A DNA stretch of 64,000 bases from contig CAYZRX010000008.1 of the NCBI GenBank assembly GCA_964480945.1, positions 4,572-68,571 on the forward strand. The letters are read 5' to 3'. The notes below the pieces were generated by a model. It was given only the letters and a program-made list of their open reading frames with translations, made no database searches and had not been told where the DNA came from. A program made the position numbers and the translations under genes. The stretch is from an uncultured Ignavibacteriaceae bacterium. GTDB lineage: Bacteria; Bacteroidota; Ignavibacteria; UBA10030. This document shows positions 46,022 to 56,353 of this stretch, piece after piece. Each line of letters starts with the position of its first letter. Within the stretch, counting starts at the first letter, position 1.

Positions 46022-46403
46022 TCCTCTCTAGATGAGCACTACCTCCTCCACAGGGGAAATTCTCGGTCTGCGCTTGGGTAATCCATCGTCTTGCACGAAT
46101 GGGTGAATCTCGACGTTTGGGCCAGCCTGCGAAGTCCTCAACGACAAAACGCTTCCCATTAAGCTCAGGATGTCTTAACTTCCCTCCTGCCGGGACTCGT
46201 TGATCCCGGACCCGGACAGCCTGCTTCGAGAGGCTGTTCCATCCAGCTTCACCCTTTTCGTCTTCGGCAATTTGAAAGCGCTGCCGTACCAGCCGTCATC
46301 GTTCGCAATGGCCGCTGATTGCAGATTGGAGGGGAGAACAAGTTCGCTGAGAGCGGGGTTTATGATTGAAGAATAACGGGGATCGATAGAAGAAGGAGTT
46401 GAT

Positions 46404-47915
46404 ATGTCAGTCGCGAAAGTAGCGCCGGAACGTCCTCAGCGCGAGGATCTTGAAGACTATTTTGGTCCGTTCCGCCAGCATATTGTCGGACACCATTATC
46501 CTGTCCGAACGCCTTATGGAGAGAAGGAGTTAGTCTACGCCGACTGGATTGCCAGCGGACGTTTGTATCGCCCGATCGAGGAACGGCTGCTCAGCGAGTT
46601 CGGACCGCTGGTCGGGAACACGCACTCCGAGTCGAGCAGTACCGGCTCCGCAATGACCCACGCCTACCACCTCGCACACCAGATTATCAAGAGGCACGTC
46701 CACGCAGGTCCGCAGGACGCGCTCCTCTTCGCCGGATTTGGAATGACCGCTGCGGTCACGAAGCTACAGCGTCTGCTCGGCCTCAAAGTTCCCGAACAAT
46801 TCAAGGACTACTTCACGCTCCCTGAAGAGCTTCGGCCGGTTGTTTTCGTGACCCATATGGAGCACCACTCCAATCAGACAACGTGGTATGAGACTCTCGC
46901 CGACGTTCACGTGATCAAGCCCGATGCCAATGGGTTGATTGATATCGATGATCTCTACGCCCTGCTCGGCCGGTACAAAGACAGAAAGTTGAAGATCGGG
47001 TCCTTCATCGCCTGCTCCAATGTAACGGGCATTCAGACACCGTACCATCAGCTCGCGCGCATCATGCATGAGCACGGGGGGATTTGTTTCATCGACTTCG
47101 CAGCCTCCGCCCCCTATGTCGATATTGACATGCATCCCGCCAATCCTCTCGAGCGCCTCGATGCCATCACGTTCTCGCCGCATAAGTTTCTCGGCGGACC
47201 CGGAGCATCGGGAGTACTCGTGTTTGACTCGAGCCTCTATACGCTCAAATCGCCGGAGCAGCCGGGAGGCGGCACCGTGCTCTGGACGAACCCCTGGGGC
47301 GAGTATCGGTTTTTCCCAGACATCGAAGTACGCGAGGATGGCGGGACACCTGGGTTTCTCCAAGCGATTCGGGCGGCGATGGCTGTCGAGCTGAAAGAAG
47401 AGATGGATCCGCAGAAGATGCTGGAGCGGGAACACCGATCGGTTTTGAAGACTCTCCGTGGGCTGCGCGAGATTCCCGGCCTCACGGTCCTCGCTGACAA
47501 CATCGAAGACCGGCTCGGCGCCATTTCGCTCTATCTCGAGAACATTCACTACAATCTTGTCGTGAAGCTGTTGAACGACCGGTTCGGGATTCAGACGCGC
47601 GGAGGGTGCTCGTGTGCCGGGACGTATGGACATTACCTGCTTCATGTCGACAAGTACGCATCGAAACGGATCACGGATAAGATCGATGAGGGGGATCTTT
47701 CGATCAAGCCGGGATGGGTGCGCCTCTCGCTTCATCCAACGACGACGGATGAGGAGATCGACTACATTCTTGATGCTGTGCGCGAGATCGGACGAAACGC
47801 GAAGCAGTGGGAGCGTGACTACACCTACGATCCTCACACCAACGAGTACACACACAAGCTCGATCGAGGCGAGCTACGACAGAAGGTTCAGGGGTGGTTC
47901 AGGTTCGAGTCTTAA
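46404..47915 (+). CDS. Aminotransferase class V-fold PLP-dependent enzyme (about 500-aa cysteine desulfurase/selenocysteine lyase-like)
   Basis: 503 aa; PLP-lysine motif ITFSPHKFLGGPGASGVLVFD, then a longer C-terminal extension than NifS-like proteins have. Confidence 0.7.
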   Translation: MSVAKVAPERPQREDLEDYFGPFRQHIVGHHYPVRTPYGEKELVYADWIASGRLYRPIEERLLSEFGPLVGNTHSESSSTGSAMTHAYHLAHQIIKRHVHAGPQDALLFAGFGMTAAVTKLQRLLGLKVPEQFKDYFTLPEELRPVVFVTHMEHHSNQTTWYETLADVHVIKPDANGLIDIDDLYALLGRYKDRKLKIGSFIACSNVTGIQTPYHQLARIMHEHGGICFIDFAASAPYVDIDMHPANPLERLDAITFSPHKFLGGPGASGVLVFDSSLYTLKSPEQPGGGTVLWTNPWGEYRFFPDIEVREDGGTPGFLQAIRAAMAVELKEEMDPQKMLEREHRSVLKTLRGLREIPGLTVLADNIEDRLGAISLYLENIHYNLVVKLLNDRFGIQTRGGCSCAGTYGHYLLHVDKYASKRITDKIDEGDLSIKPGWVRLSLHPTTTDEEIDYILDAVREIGRNAKQWERDYTYDPHTNEYTHKLDRGELRQKVQGWFRFES

Positions 47916-47974
47916 GTTCCAAGTCTTGAGTTTCAAGTTTTGAGTTTTCAGTTTCAAGTTTTCAGTTTCGAGTT
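47905..47974. repeat. Tandem heptanucleotide repeat (10 x YYRAGTY) spanning the stop codon of the upstream gene, followed by a polypyrimidine tract to about 48032
   Basis: The units tcgagtc ttaagtt ccaagtc ttgagtt tcaagtt ttgagtt ttcagtt tcaagtt ttcagtt tcgagtt can be read directly. Downstream on the plus strand is CT-rich sequence (tcttcttctcactccttacttcttactctttactccctactgctttttttatccc). Confidence 0.75.
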
Positions 47975-48032
47975 ATCTTCTTCTCACTCCTTACTTCTTA
48001 CTCTTTACTCCCTACTGCTTTTTTTATCCCAC

Positions 48033-49757
48033 CTACTTTCCCTCATACATCACCTTCCCACCGACGATTGTGTAAAGCACCGTTGTAGTCGGAATCTCAT
48101 CGTCTGGAACGGTCATAATGTCTTTTGAAAGTACCGTAACGTCGGCCAGTTTGCCCGGCGTGAGCGAGCCTTTGATGTTCTCCTGAAAGGCTGCGTACGC
48201 CCCGTTGAGTGTATATGATTTCAGCGCTTCGGCACGGGTCATACACTGGTCAGGATAGAAGAGCGAGCCGTCCTTGAGCTTGCGTGTGACGCTGGCATAG
48301 AAGCAGGGAATGGGATTTACATCCTCCACCGGCGCATCGGTACCGTTGGCCACGATGGCACCCGACTTCATCAGCTTTTGCCAGACGTATGCTCCCTCCT
48401 CGGCCCGTTTCGCTCCGAGCCGGGCAAGAACGAAAGGTCCATCCGACGTGCAGTGAATTCCCTGCATCGCGGCAATGACGCCGAGCTGGCCGAAGCGGGG
48501 GATATCCGACGCACTCAAATGCTGGGCATGCTCAATGCGCCAGCGGAGTCCCTTTTTGTCCGGATGGGCTTTGAATGTTGACTCGTAAATATTCAGTGTT
48601 TCCCGATTCGCCCGATCACCGATAGCGTGCACGCAGAGCTGGAAGCCATTCTGGATGGCGATCTCTGCCGCCTCCCTGAGTTCGTCGAGCGGCGTTACAT
48701 TGAGGCCGGTGCTTGTTGGGAGATCGCTGTACGGCTCCAGCAGCCAGGCGCCGCGTGAACCGAGGGCACCATCCATATAGCACTTGATCGCTCGCACCGT
48801 CAGGTGCTTGTTCCCATAGTCGATGATCTTGTACGCGGCAAGCTTGCTTCGCAGCTGGTCGTTGCTCGCCCTCACCATCACCCAGAGCCTCACTCCCATC
48901 TTTCCCTCATCGATCATCTTCTTGAACAGGTCGATCGTCGCGAACGATGAACCGGCATCCTCGAAGGTCGTGATGCCCTTCTTCAGACAATCCTCAGCGG
49001 CGAGCATCGCCTGTTTTCGAGCCTGGGCATCGAGTTCCTCTGGGCTCATGGCTGCTCGCGCTTTAGCAATCACCTTTGAGACAAGCCCCTGCGCGGTTTC
49101 CCGGAGGAGCCCTGTCGGATTGCGGTTCTTGTCCCTCAGAATTTCCCCGCCGGGCGGGTTTGGCGTCGATTTAGTAATGCCGGCAAGCTGCATCGCTTTA
49201 GCATTCACGAAACCGGCGTGACCGCTCGCGTGCGTCAGCATCACAGGATTGTTCGGGGATACTTTGCTCAGCGACGTGTGCACTGGAAACCCCTCAACGT
49301 TCGGCGTCGGCCTCCTCTCCCACTTCTCCTGATGCCAGCCCCGGCCCAAAATCCACTGGCCCGGCTTCGCTTTCTTGACCGCGTCCGCCACCATCGCCAC
49401 GATCTCGTCCCAGTTCTTCACTTTTGTCAGGTCGAGGTTCATCTTCGCCTGACCGATGCTCATGAAATGAGCGTGTGCATCGATGAAGCCTGGGATCGCG
49501 AGTCTTCCCTTCAGGTCGATCACCTTCGTGTTCGGGCCGACGTAGAATTGAATTTCCTTGTTTGTGCCGACGGCGACGATCAGATCACCGCGGGCAGCGA
49601 GCGCCTCGGCTTCCGGCTTCTTGTCATCGACCGTAACGATCTTTCCGTTGCGCAGAACGAGATCAGCGGGCTGCTGACTCCGTGCACAACCTGCAGTTAC
49701 GGCGAGCAGTCCGATGCTCGCGAGGGCTATCAATAGTTCTCGAATGTGATAACGCAT
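48033..49757 (-). CDS. Amidohydrolase family metal-dependent hydrolase (Amidohydro_3-like), lipoprotein
   Basis: 574 aa; lipobox LAVTAGC; metal-binding HxH (PGFIDAHAHF) and conserved downstream His/Asp residues. Confidence 0.8.
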   Translation of the reverse strand: MRYHIRELLIALASIGLLAVTAGCARSQQPADLVLRNGKIVTVDDKKPEAEALAARGDLIVAVGTNKEIQFYVGPNTKVIDLKGRLAIPGFIDAHAHFMSIGQAKMNLDLTKVKNWDEIVAMVADAVKKAKPGQWILGRGWHQEKWERRPTPNVEGFPVHTSLSKVSPNNPVMLTHASGHAGFVNAKAMQLAGITKSTPNPPGGEILRDKNRNPTGLLRETAQGLVSKVIAKARAAMSPEELDAQARKQAMLAAEDCLKKGITTFEDAGSSFATIDLFKKMIDEGKMGVRLWVMVRASNDQLRSKLAAYKIIDYGNKHLTVRAIKCYMDGALGSRGAWLLEPYSDLPTSTGLNVTPLDELREAAEIAIQNGFQLCVHAIGDRANRETLNIYESTFKAHPDKKGLRWRIEHAQHLSASDIPRFGQLGVIAAMQGIHCTSDGPFVLARLGAKRAEEGAYVWQKLMKSGAIVANGTDAPVEDVNPIPCFYASVTRKLKDGSLFYPDQCMTRAEALKSYTLNGAYAAFQENIKGSLTPGKLADVTVLSKDIMTVPDDEIPTTTVLYTIVGGKVMYEGK

Positions 49758-49983
49758 GGGCTTGAACCTCCTGTTGTCAGGTGTTACATTCTAGGGCGAG
49801 AGAGCTACCGTTGCAGCTTGGGATGCTCTGGCGCGTGGCGCGAGAAGATTGGCAAATTTTCTGGCGATGTCAAGTCGAGGGGTCTTCTCGCGGTCACGAT
49901 CGTCCTTCTGATAACTTCCCAGTGAGAGCTCTCCGGCACCCTCACGTCACCGTATCCTCGACAACAAAACGCTGGACGAACCG

Positions 49984-50931
49984 ATGCTTCGGGCCCTCTG
50001 CTCGCTTCTGCTCATTCTTGTGATCGTCTCCGCGCGGACGTACGCGCAGGCAGCGGATGTCCCGTGGCTTTCCCTGAAACGGCTGTCGGTGATGGCGAAT
50101 GCTTCCTATCATTACGTTCCCTGGAAGAAGTACAATGAATCTCTTCTTGTTGCGCAAGACGCGATTCGGTACTCTCCTTCGTACCCTGATCCGCGTGGGG
50201 AGTTGGAAGAAGTCCTCGGCGATGGCACTTTTGATTTCACAATGGGTTATCGGATCATTTCCGGTCTATCGTTTGGGATCACAGCCGGGTATCTGAGAAC
50301 CAGCAGCGACGGCTACTTATCCTACAATCCAGGGTACACAGTCTACGTAGGAGGAGAACCCGTAGCTGATGCGAAGCAATTGGTCGAGCAGAATATCCGA
50401 TTCAGCGCTCCGTATCTTGGCGTCGGATTTCGGTATACGCATCATTTGACAGGGCCGTTCCGGCTATTCGCGAGCGCTTCTTTCGAGCGCTATTATGGCT
50501 TGTTTAGTTTTCACTACCAGGACGTTCAGCCGTGGCAACGAGATCTGTTCTCCGCGGACTTAAGAGAGACGAGATTCGGATTGCGGTGTGGTGTGGGTCT
50601 GTCATTGAGGGTAGACGAATCCCTGAGCGCGTCCGCAGCTATTGATTACCGATGGCTGAGGTTCGAGCACCTCCGGGGAGGTGGCACGTACTCATTCGAA
50701 TATCGAGGGTATTCTTCATACGGAGAGTCCCACCCTTTCAACGCACAGCTCGGCGAAGCGGACGGATACTTTGGTCTCCACATTGCGACAGAGGACCAAC
50801 CGTATGTCAGCGATTACCTCCTCCATACACTCTGGAGGAGCTCGGCCGCTGGACCGTGGTGGAAGACACAACCAGCTTCTCTTGATCTATCGGGATTTGG
50901 CCTAACCATGGGATTATCGTATGTTTTCTAA
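49984..50931 (+). CDS. Hypothetical outer-membrane beta-barrel protein
   Basis: Signal peptide (MLRALCSLLLILVIVSARTYAQA), alternating hydrophobic beta-strand pattern, and a C-terminus ...GLSYVF with terminal Phe. Confidence 0.5.
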   Translation: MLRALCSLLLILVIVSARTYAQAADVPWLSLKRLSVMANASYHYVPWKKYNESLLVAQDAIRYSPSYPDPRGELEEVLGDGTFDFTMGYRIISGLSFGITAGYLRTSSDGYLSYNPGYTVYVGGEPVADAKQLVEQNIRFSAPYLGVGFRYTHHLTGPFRLFASASFERYYGLFSFHYQDVQPWQRDLFSADLRETRFGLRCGVGLSLRVDESLSASAAIDYRWLRFEHLRGGGTYSFEYRGYSSYGESHPFNAQLGEADGYFGLHIATEDQPYVSDYLLHTLWRSSAAGPWWKTQPASLDLSGFGLTMGLSYVF

Positions 50932-52054
50932 GGCATCGCGGATCATATCGATCTGTTTGGTTTGCATAGTCCTTCTCGACGGATGCACCGAGAAGCTGCC
51001 GCTGGACCCCATCTATACCGATGACACAGACTGGGCGCCGAGCATCGCCCTCACCTCAAACGGTTACCAAAGAATCACGCTGTACGTCGAGCAACCGCCC
51101 CGCAAAGAACTCCTGAGGAATATCCTGTTCTACACAGCTGAGATCAGAGAAAGCCGATCCGGCGTGGATGTGTCCATCGACACACTAAAGGTAACAGCGA
51201 TACCGGCAGCCTACGTTTATCTTGGCCCCGGTTACATCTCTACATATCAGTCCAGCCCAATTCTGGAGTACGGCACAGATTACACTGTGCGTTTCGTGGT
51301 GCACTACCGTACGGGAATTTCTCGGTATCTCAATGAACTACCATTCACGACGCCGCTGGAACGCGGCAGAGTGTTGAAACGAGTACCTCTGCCTCCAGAG
51401 ATACTGAATGACAGTTATGGGGCCGGTGACATCCTTGCATTCCACAACGCCAGTCTCCTCATCCTTCGGAACGAGAAACTGGTTCGTGTCGATACTGCAA
51501 GTGGTCAACCAACGCTCCTGAAGAGCGACTTCGCTCCTCCGACCTCCCACCTGAACGAGACTTTTCGCAGCTTGACCGTCGCCGGAGACACGGCGTATAC
51601 GTTTTACGGTTCCATGAACCATTTCAGAATTGTCTCATTGAATCTAAATACTCTTCAGGTAGACTCTTCACTGAACATCTCGAATCCCGACTGGAATCTG
51701 ATCAACATGGTTTGCCAGGGCTCTTCCCTTTATGCTCTTTGGGAGTCCTCAGGGCGTCAGCAATTTACACTTGTCGACCGGCAAAATGGGCAGCTCGCGA
51801 ACACTCTTCCGTCGGCTCCAGCAAGAATTCCGTACCCGTATACTGTTGTGTCCGATGGCAGCAATTTTTGGTATTCGCACATGAGCTGGTACGATGACCG
51901 CCTCATCCAGTTCGACCCATCTACCCTCACCTTCTGGGAAGAAGACCGAAACCCCGTCTTTTCGACAGAGGGTCTGGCGTGGGACGGTGCCAACTTCTGG
52001 GTTGTCGACCTTGAGACCAACACCATAGCCAAGCTCCAGCTTGAAGGGCTCTAA
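50921..52054 (+). CDS. Hypothetical lipoprotein (possible beta-propeller)
   Basis: Lipobox LLDGC at the N-terminus and no recognisable catalytic motifs. Overlaps the upstream OMP gene by 11 bp, suggesting an operon. Confidence 0.5.
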   Translation: MFSKASRIISICLVCIVLLDGCTEKLPLDPIYTDDTDWAPSIALTSNGYQRITLYVEQPPRKELLRNILFYTAEIRESRSGVDVSIDTLKVTAIPAAYVYLGPGYISTYQSSPILEYGTDYTVRFVVHYRTGISRYLNELPFTTPLERGRVLKRVPLPPEILNDSYGAGDILAFHNASLLILRNEKLVRVDTASGQPTLLKSDFAPPTSHLNETFRSLTVAGDTAYTFYGSMNHFRIVSLNLNTLQVDSSLNISNPDWNLINMVCQGSSLYALWESSGRQQFTLVDRQNGQLANTLPSAPARIPYPYTVVSDGSNFWYSHMSWYDDRLIQFDPSTLTFWEEDRNPVFSTEGLAWDGANFWVVDLETNTIAKLQLEGL

Positions 52055-52356
52055 CGATCCATCGGTCTGCACTCCCCTCCCGCACAACGCCGTCGCAACA
52101 ATATCCATTGCATCTCTTGGCCAAGAAAGTGTACATTCGATTCGCTTCAGTCAAGACATTGATTCCATCATTGCCTATCATTGTCCCATGATGGTTGACC
52201 AAGCGCCGTGCTGGGCACAACGTTTCGGCTGCACGCGCGCGAAGCCCATCGGCAACCGCAGCCACGGGCCTGCGCGTACGATCTGGATATTGACAGAAAA
52301 GATAAGTATGTACATACCAACCGACATCAACCACGTTCTGGAGAAAGGCATCTACC

Positions 52357-52857
52357 ATGGCTGCACAGAAAGCTGAAGACCTCCTCGCGACAGCCCGTTC
52401 CATCATGAAGGAAGCGGATTACTGTTTCTTCATGAGCCATGGAGAGTCAGGGGAAATCAATGCCCGGCTGATGCATCCTTTTGAGCCCGACAGCGAGTTC
52501 AACATGTGGCTCGGTGCGAGCCCCAGCTCGCGCAAGGTGCACGAAGTCCTCAAGCAGAACAAGGTAACACTCGCCTTCATCAACCCGCGCAGCACGGCAT
52601 ACGTTACCATCGTGGGAACCGCCGCTCTCGATAGCAGCGTCGAGCTCAAGCGAAAGTACTGGAGGGCGTACTGGACGGATATGTATCCCGGCGGCCCAGA
52701 CGCAGATGATTATGTTCTCATCAAGGTCATCCCGCGCCGGATCGAGTTGATGAATTTTGCCGACAGCGCGCTCCCTCAACCGTACGGCTTGAAGCCTTCC
52801 GGTCTTGCCAGACAGGATGGCGGCTGGAAGGTCATCGAAGATGGCGATGAGCTCTGA
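52357..52857 (+). CDS. Pyridoxamine 5'-phosphate oxidase-like FMN-binding protein (general stress protein 26 family)
   Basis: 166 aa with a PNPOx split-barrel pattern (VTLAFINPRSTAYVTIVGTA...YVLIKVIPRRIE). Confidence 0.7.
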   Translation: MAAQKAEDLLATARSIMKEADYCFFMSHGESGEINARLMHPFEPDSEFNMWLGASPSSRKVHEVLKQNKVTLAFINPRSTAYVTIVGTAALDSSVELKRKYWRAYWTDMYPGGPDADDYVLIKVIPRRIELMNFADSALPQPYGLKPSGLARQDGGWKVIEDGDEL

Positions 52858-52879
52858 GATCAGAAAACCGGAGAACCCT

Positions 52880-53851
52880 ATGCCTCGGAAAATTCTCACT
52901 TTCGTCTGTCTCGTCGCCGCCGTTGTCCTGCTGTTCGGCTGCAGCACAAAACAACAGCAAAAGACGAAGCGGATCGCGGGGATCGTTTTCCAGGAGGATC
53001 AGTTCTTTCGCCTTGTGCTTTTCGGCATGCGCGACGCCGCGAAGAAGGACAGCGTGGAGCTCCTGGAAGCAAACAGCGCGGGCAAGCCGGACAAGGAGGT
53101 CCAGCTTATCAACACCTACATCGCGACGAAGGTTGACGCCATCGTCATCTCCCCGCTGAGCGCGAAGGCTTCCGTCAGCGCGCTGACGCGCGCACACAAT
53201 AGCGGGATCGTCATCGTTACGTACAATACCGCGGTCGACAGCGATGTGCCTTCGTCCTACATCGAGAGCGATCAGGTTGACCTGGGAGCGTCAACCGGCA
53301 GGGCTGCGCGCGCCTACATCGAGAAGAGCCTGGGAGGAAAGGCGAAGGTCGCTATCATCGCGGTCGCGTCACAGGTCCCGGAACAGAGCATGATGAGGGT
53401 CGGAGGCTTCAAGAGCGAGATCACCAAGCTCCCCGGCGTCAAGATCATTGCCGAGCAGGATGCGTGGCTGGCCGAACAAGCGGTGAAGAAGGTCGGGGAC
53501 ATTCTGACGGCCAACCCGGACGTCAACATCGTCTGGGCCGCGAACGAAGGAGGAACCGTCGGAGCAGTGATGGCGGTGAAGAACGCCGGCAAGGCCGGAA
53601 AAGTCGCGGTCTTCGGGACGGACATGAGCGACCAGCTTGCAAATTTCCTACTCGACAACGACAACGTGCTGCAAGCTGTCACGGGCCAGCGTCCGTTCGA
53701 GATCGGCTCGATGGCGGTTGATGCCGCCGTCAAGGTCCTGAGCGGCGAGAAGGTTGAGAAGAAGATTTCCCTGCCGGGCACTCTCTTCACTCGGGAGAAG
53801 CCGGACGAAGTGAGGCAGTTCAAGGAACAACTCAAAGAACTCAGCAAATAG
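52880..53851 (+). CDS. Sugar ABC transporter substrate-binding protein (ribose/xylose-type periplasmic binding fold), lipoprotein
   Basis: Start at the internal Met with lipobox LLFGC. Periplasmic_Binding_Protein_type_1 pattern (IAGIVFQEDQFF...VDAIVISPL...VAVFGTDMSD). Confidence 0.8.
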   Translation: MPRKILTFVCLVAAVVLLFGCSTKQQQKTKRIAGIVFQEDQFFRLVLFGMRDAAKKDSVELLEANSAGKPDKEVQLINTYIATKVDAIVISPLSAKASVSALTRAHNSGIVIVTYNTAVDSDVPSSYIESDQVDLGASTGRAARAYIEKSLGGKAKVAIIAVASQVPEQSMMRVGGFKSEITKLPGVKIIAEQDAWLAEQAVKKVGDILTANPDVNIVWAANEGGTVGAVMAVKNAGKAGKVAVFGTDMSDQLANFLLDNDNVLQAVTGQRPFEIGSMAVDAAVKVLSGEKVEKKISLPGTLFTREKPDEVRQFKEQLKELSK

Positions 53852-53867
53852 CATCAACTCCATCCGA

Positions 53868-55382
53868 ATGGACGCACCGGTCCACAGACTCGAGACCGTT
53901 TCCCTTCGTAAAGAATACCCTGGAACCCTCGCTTTGAATGACGCCTCCCTGTCATTCGAGAGCGGAAAGGTCCATGCCCTCATCGGGAAGAACGGCGCCG
54001 GCAAGAGCACGCTGGTGAAGATCCTCGCCGGTGCAATTCGGCCGACCCGCGGTTCGATTGTGCTGAACGGAGAGCACGTGCAGCTGCGATCCCCTGCGGA
54101 TGCACTGCAGCGCGGCATCATCGCCGTCCATCAAGAGCTGAGTCTCGTTCCGGAGCTTTCAGTGGCGGAAAACATCCTGCTCGGACGCCTTCCGACGAAA
54201 CAGGGTTGGGGCAGGATTGTAATCGATTGGAAGAGCGTCTTCGCCCGCACGGAGGAGGTTCTCCAAAGTCTTGGCATCGAGTTCGACCTCCGGGCGAGGG
54301 CAAGCACCTTGGGGGTCGCGCAGCAGCAGGTGGTCGAGATCGCCAAAGCGATGTCCTATCGCCCCTCCGTCTTGATCCTCGATGAACCCACCTCTGCCCT
54401 CGCTCAGCACGAAACGGATCGGCTGTTCGAGCTCGTACGAAGGCTCGCAGGTCAGGGGGTCATCCTCCTTTACATCACTCACCGGCTGCAGGAGCTGCAG
54501 CGGATCGCAAACACGGTGACCGTGCTCCGCAACGGATCGGTGGTCGGCACGATCGACATCGCCGATGCAAGGCCGTCGACCATCGTGCAGATGATGTTCG
54601 GGGAGAACCTGCAGAAGGCGCGCCCCGCGGAGCTGGTCGCGCGGAATGAGCCGTTCCTTGCCGTGAGGAACCTCTCGAAACGCGGTGCCTTTCAAAACAT
54701 CAGTTTTGCCGTGAACAGAGGGGAGATTGTTGGGATCGCGGGTCTTCTGGGTGCCGGAAGAACCGAATTGCTCCGAGCGATCTTCGGAGCAGACCCGCCG
54801 GATGAGGGGGATCTTCTGCTCGAAGGTACGCCGGTTCGACCGACCAGCCCGCAGCAGATGAAGAACCTCGGCGTAGCACTCACCCCGGAGAACAGAAAGG
54901 AACAGGGATTGGTGCTTCTTCTGAGCACCAGCGTCAACCTGTGTCTGGCCAGCCTCGATCGGATCGCGACCCACGGATTCCTGACACGCTTGCGCGAGCG
55001 GGCCGTCGTCGACAAGAACGTTCGCGAGCTCGATATCTCCGTCGCGAACGTCGATGCGCCCATTACGTACCTCAGCGGCGGCAATCAGCAGAAGGTCGTC
55101 ATCGGAAAGTGGCTGAACACGCAGCCTCGCCTGGTGCTTCTCGATGAACCGACGCGCGGCATCGACCTTCAGGCGAAGCAGCAGATGTTCCAGCTCGTTT
55201 GGGAGATGAGCAAGCGGGGCATCAGCTCCATCGTCGTCTCGAGCGAGCTCGAGGAGCTGCTCGATCTCTGTCACCGCATTCTCATCATGCGACAGGGGCA
55301 GATCGTCGGCGAAGTCCAGCCGCAGGAGATATCTCTTGATAAGCTCTTCGCAGCCTGCATGGAAGAACAGGAAGTCCAATGA
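53868..55382 (+). CDS. Sugar ABC transporter ATP-binding protein (duplicated ABC domains, RbsA/MglA-like)
   Basis: Two Walker A motifs (GKNGAGKST; GLLGAGRTEL), LSGGNQQKV signature motifs, and Walker B motifs LILDEPT/VLLDEPT. Confidence 0.9.
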   Translation: MDAPVHRLETVSLRKEYPGTLALNDASLSFESGKVHALIGKNGAGKSTLVKILAGAIRPTRGSIVLNGEHVQLRSPADALQRGIIAVHQELSLVPELSVAENILLGRLPTKQGWGRIVIDWKSVFARTEEVLQSLGIEFDLRARASTLGVAQQQVVEIAKAMSYRPSVLILDEPTSALAQHETDRLFELVRRLAGQGVILLYITHRLQELQRIANTVTVLRNGSVVGTIDIADARPSTIVQMMFGENLQKARPAELVARNEPFLAVRNLSKRGAFQNISFAVNRGEIVGIAGLLGAGRTELLRAIFGADPPDEGDLLLEGTPVRPTSPQQMKNLGVALTPENRKEQGLVLLLSTSVNLCLASLDRIATHGFLTRLRERAVVDKNVRELDISVANVDAPITYLSGGNQQKVVIGKWLNTQPRLVLLDEPTRGIDLQAKQQMFQLVWEMSKRGISSIVVSSELEELLDLCHRILIMRQGQIVGEVQPQEISLDKLFAACMEEQEVQ

Positions 55383-56353
55383 TCACGCATTCAAGGTTTC
55401 GCATGTGGCTGAACGAGGGGATCCTCGAGATCATCCTCATTCTGTTCTGCGTCGCTCTGTCGTTCATAGCGCCCGGATTTCTAACGCCGGAAAATCTCCT
55501 CAACGTTTTGCGAAACGTCTCTATGCAGGGCGTCATCGCCTTCGGGATGACGATGGTGATCATCTCCGGAGAGATCGATTTGAGCGTCGGGTCGGCCGTT
55601 GCATTCGCCAGCTGCCTGGCTGCATTTCTGACCCAGGCGCTGAGCGGTGCGGGCATCGGGATGCCGCTGGCGATCGCCGTTGCCATCCTCGTCACGCTCG
55701 CCGTTGGATTTCTGATCGGCGCGTTTACCGGGCTTATGAGAACCAGGTACCAAGTCCCCTCCTTCATCACGACGCTCGCCCTGCTGACGGGGCTTTCCGG
55801 GGCAGCCGAGCTCATCACCAACGGCTTTCCGCTCACACCTTTTCCCGACTGGTACAACTTTATCGGCGGCGGCTACGTGCTCGGGGTGCCATTTCCGGCC
55901 TTGATATTTCTTTTGACATTTGTCGTACTGCAATTGCTGATGAACTACACCCCCTTTGGCCGCTCCGTCTACGCCGTCGGTGGAAACGCCGAGGCCGCGC
56001 GACTGAGCGGCATCAATGTCAAACGCGTGAAGATTCTTGTCCTGGGGACGACTGCGTTCCTCGCCGCTATCAGCGGCATCATGGTTTCCTCTGAGATCAT
56101 GTCCGGTACGGCAACGACAGCCAAAGGGTGGGAGCTCGACGTCATTGCGGCGGTCATTATTGGGGGAACGAGCTTGATGGGAGGGGTAGGAAGAATTTGG
56201 GGAACGATGGTCGGCGTCGTGTTCCTCGGGGTGATCATGAACGGGATGACGCTGCTCAACGTGAGCGAGTACTGGCAGCATGTCGTGCGGGGGGCTCTGA
56301 TTCTGGTCGCAGTCCTTCTGAATCTTCTGCAAAAGGGGAGAGAACAACGATGA
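55379..56353 (+). CDS. Sugar ABC transporter permease (RbsC/AraH-like)
   Basis: 324 aa with about 9 TM helices. Overlaps the ATPase gene stop by 4 bp. Confidence 0.85.
   Translation: MITHSRFRMWLNEGILEIILILFCVALSFIAPGFLTPENLLNVLRNVSMQGVIAFGMTMVIISGEIDLSVGSAVAFASCLAAFLTQALSGAGIGMPLAIAVAILVTLAVGFLIGAFTGLMRTRYQVPSFITTLALLTGLSGAAELITNGFPLTPFPDWYNFIGGGYVLGVPFPALIFLLTFVVLQLLMNYTPFGRSVYAVGGNAEAARLSGINVKRVKILVLGTTAFLAAISGIMVSSEIMSGTATTAKGWELDVIAAVIIGGTSLMGGVGRIWGTMVGVVFLGVIMNGMTLLNVSEYWQHVVRGALILVAVLLNLLQKGREQR

Noticed and set aside
47905-47974. Considered whether the heptamer array could be a CRISPR or a coding repeat
   Set aside because: The units are 7 bp with no spacers and no cas genes, so it is not a CRISPR. 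Only the first three or four units are inside the upstream ORF; the rest are untranslated.
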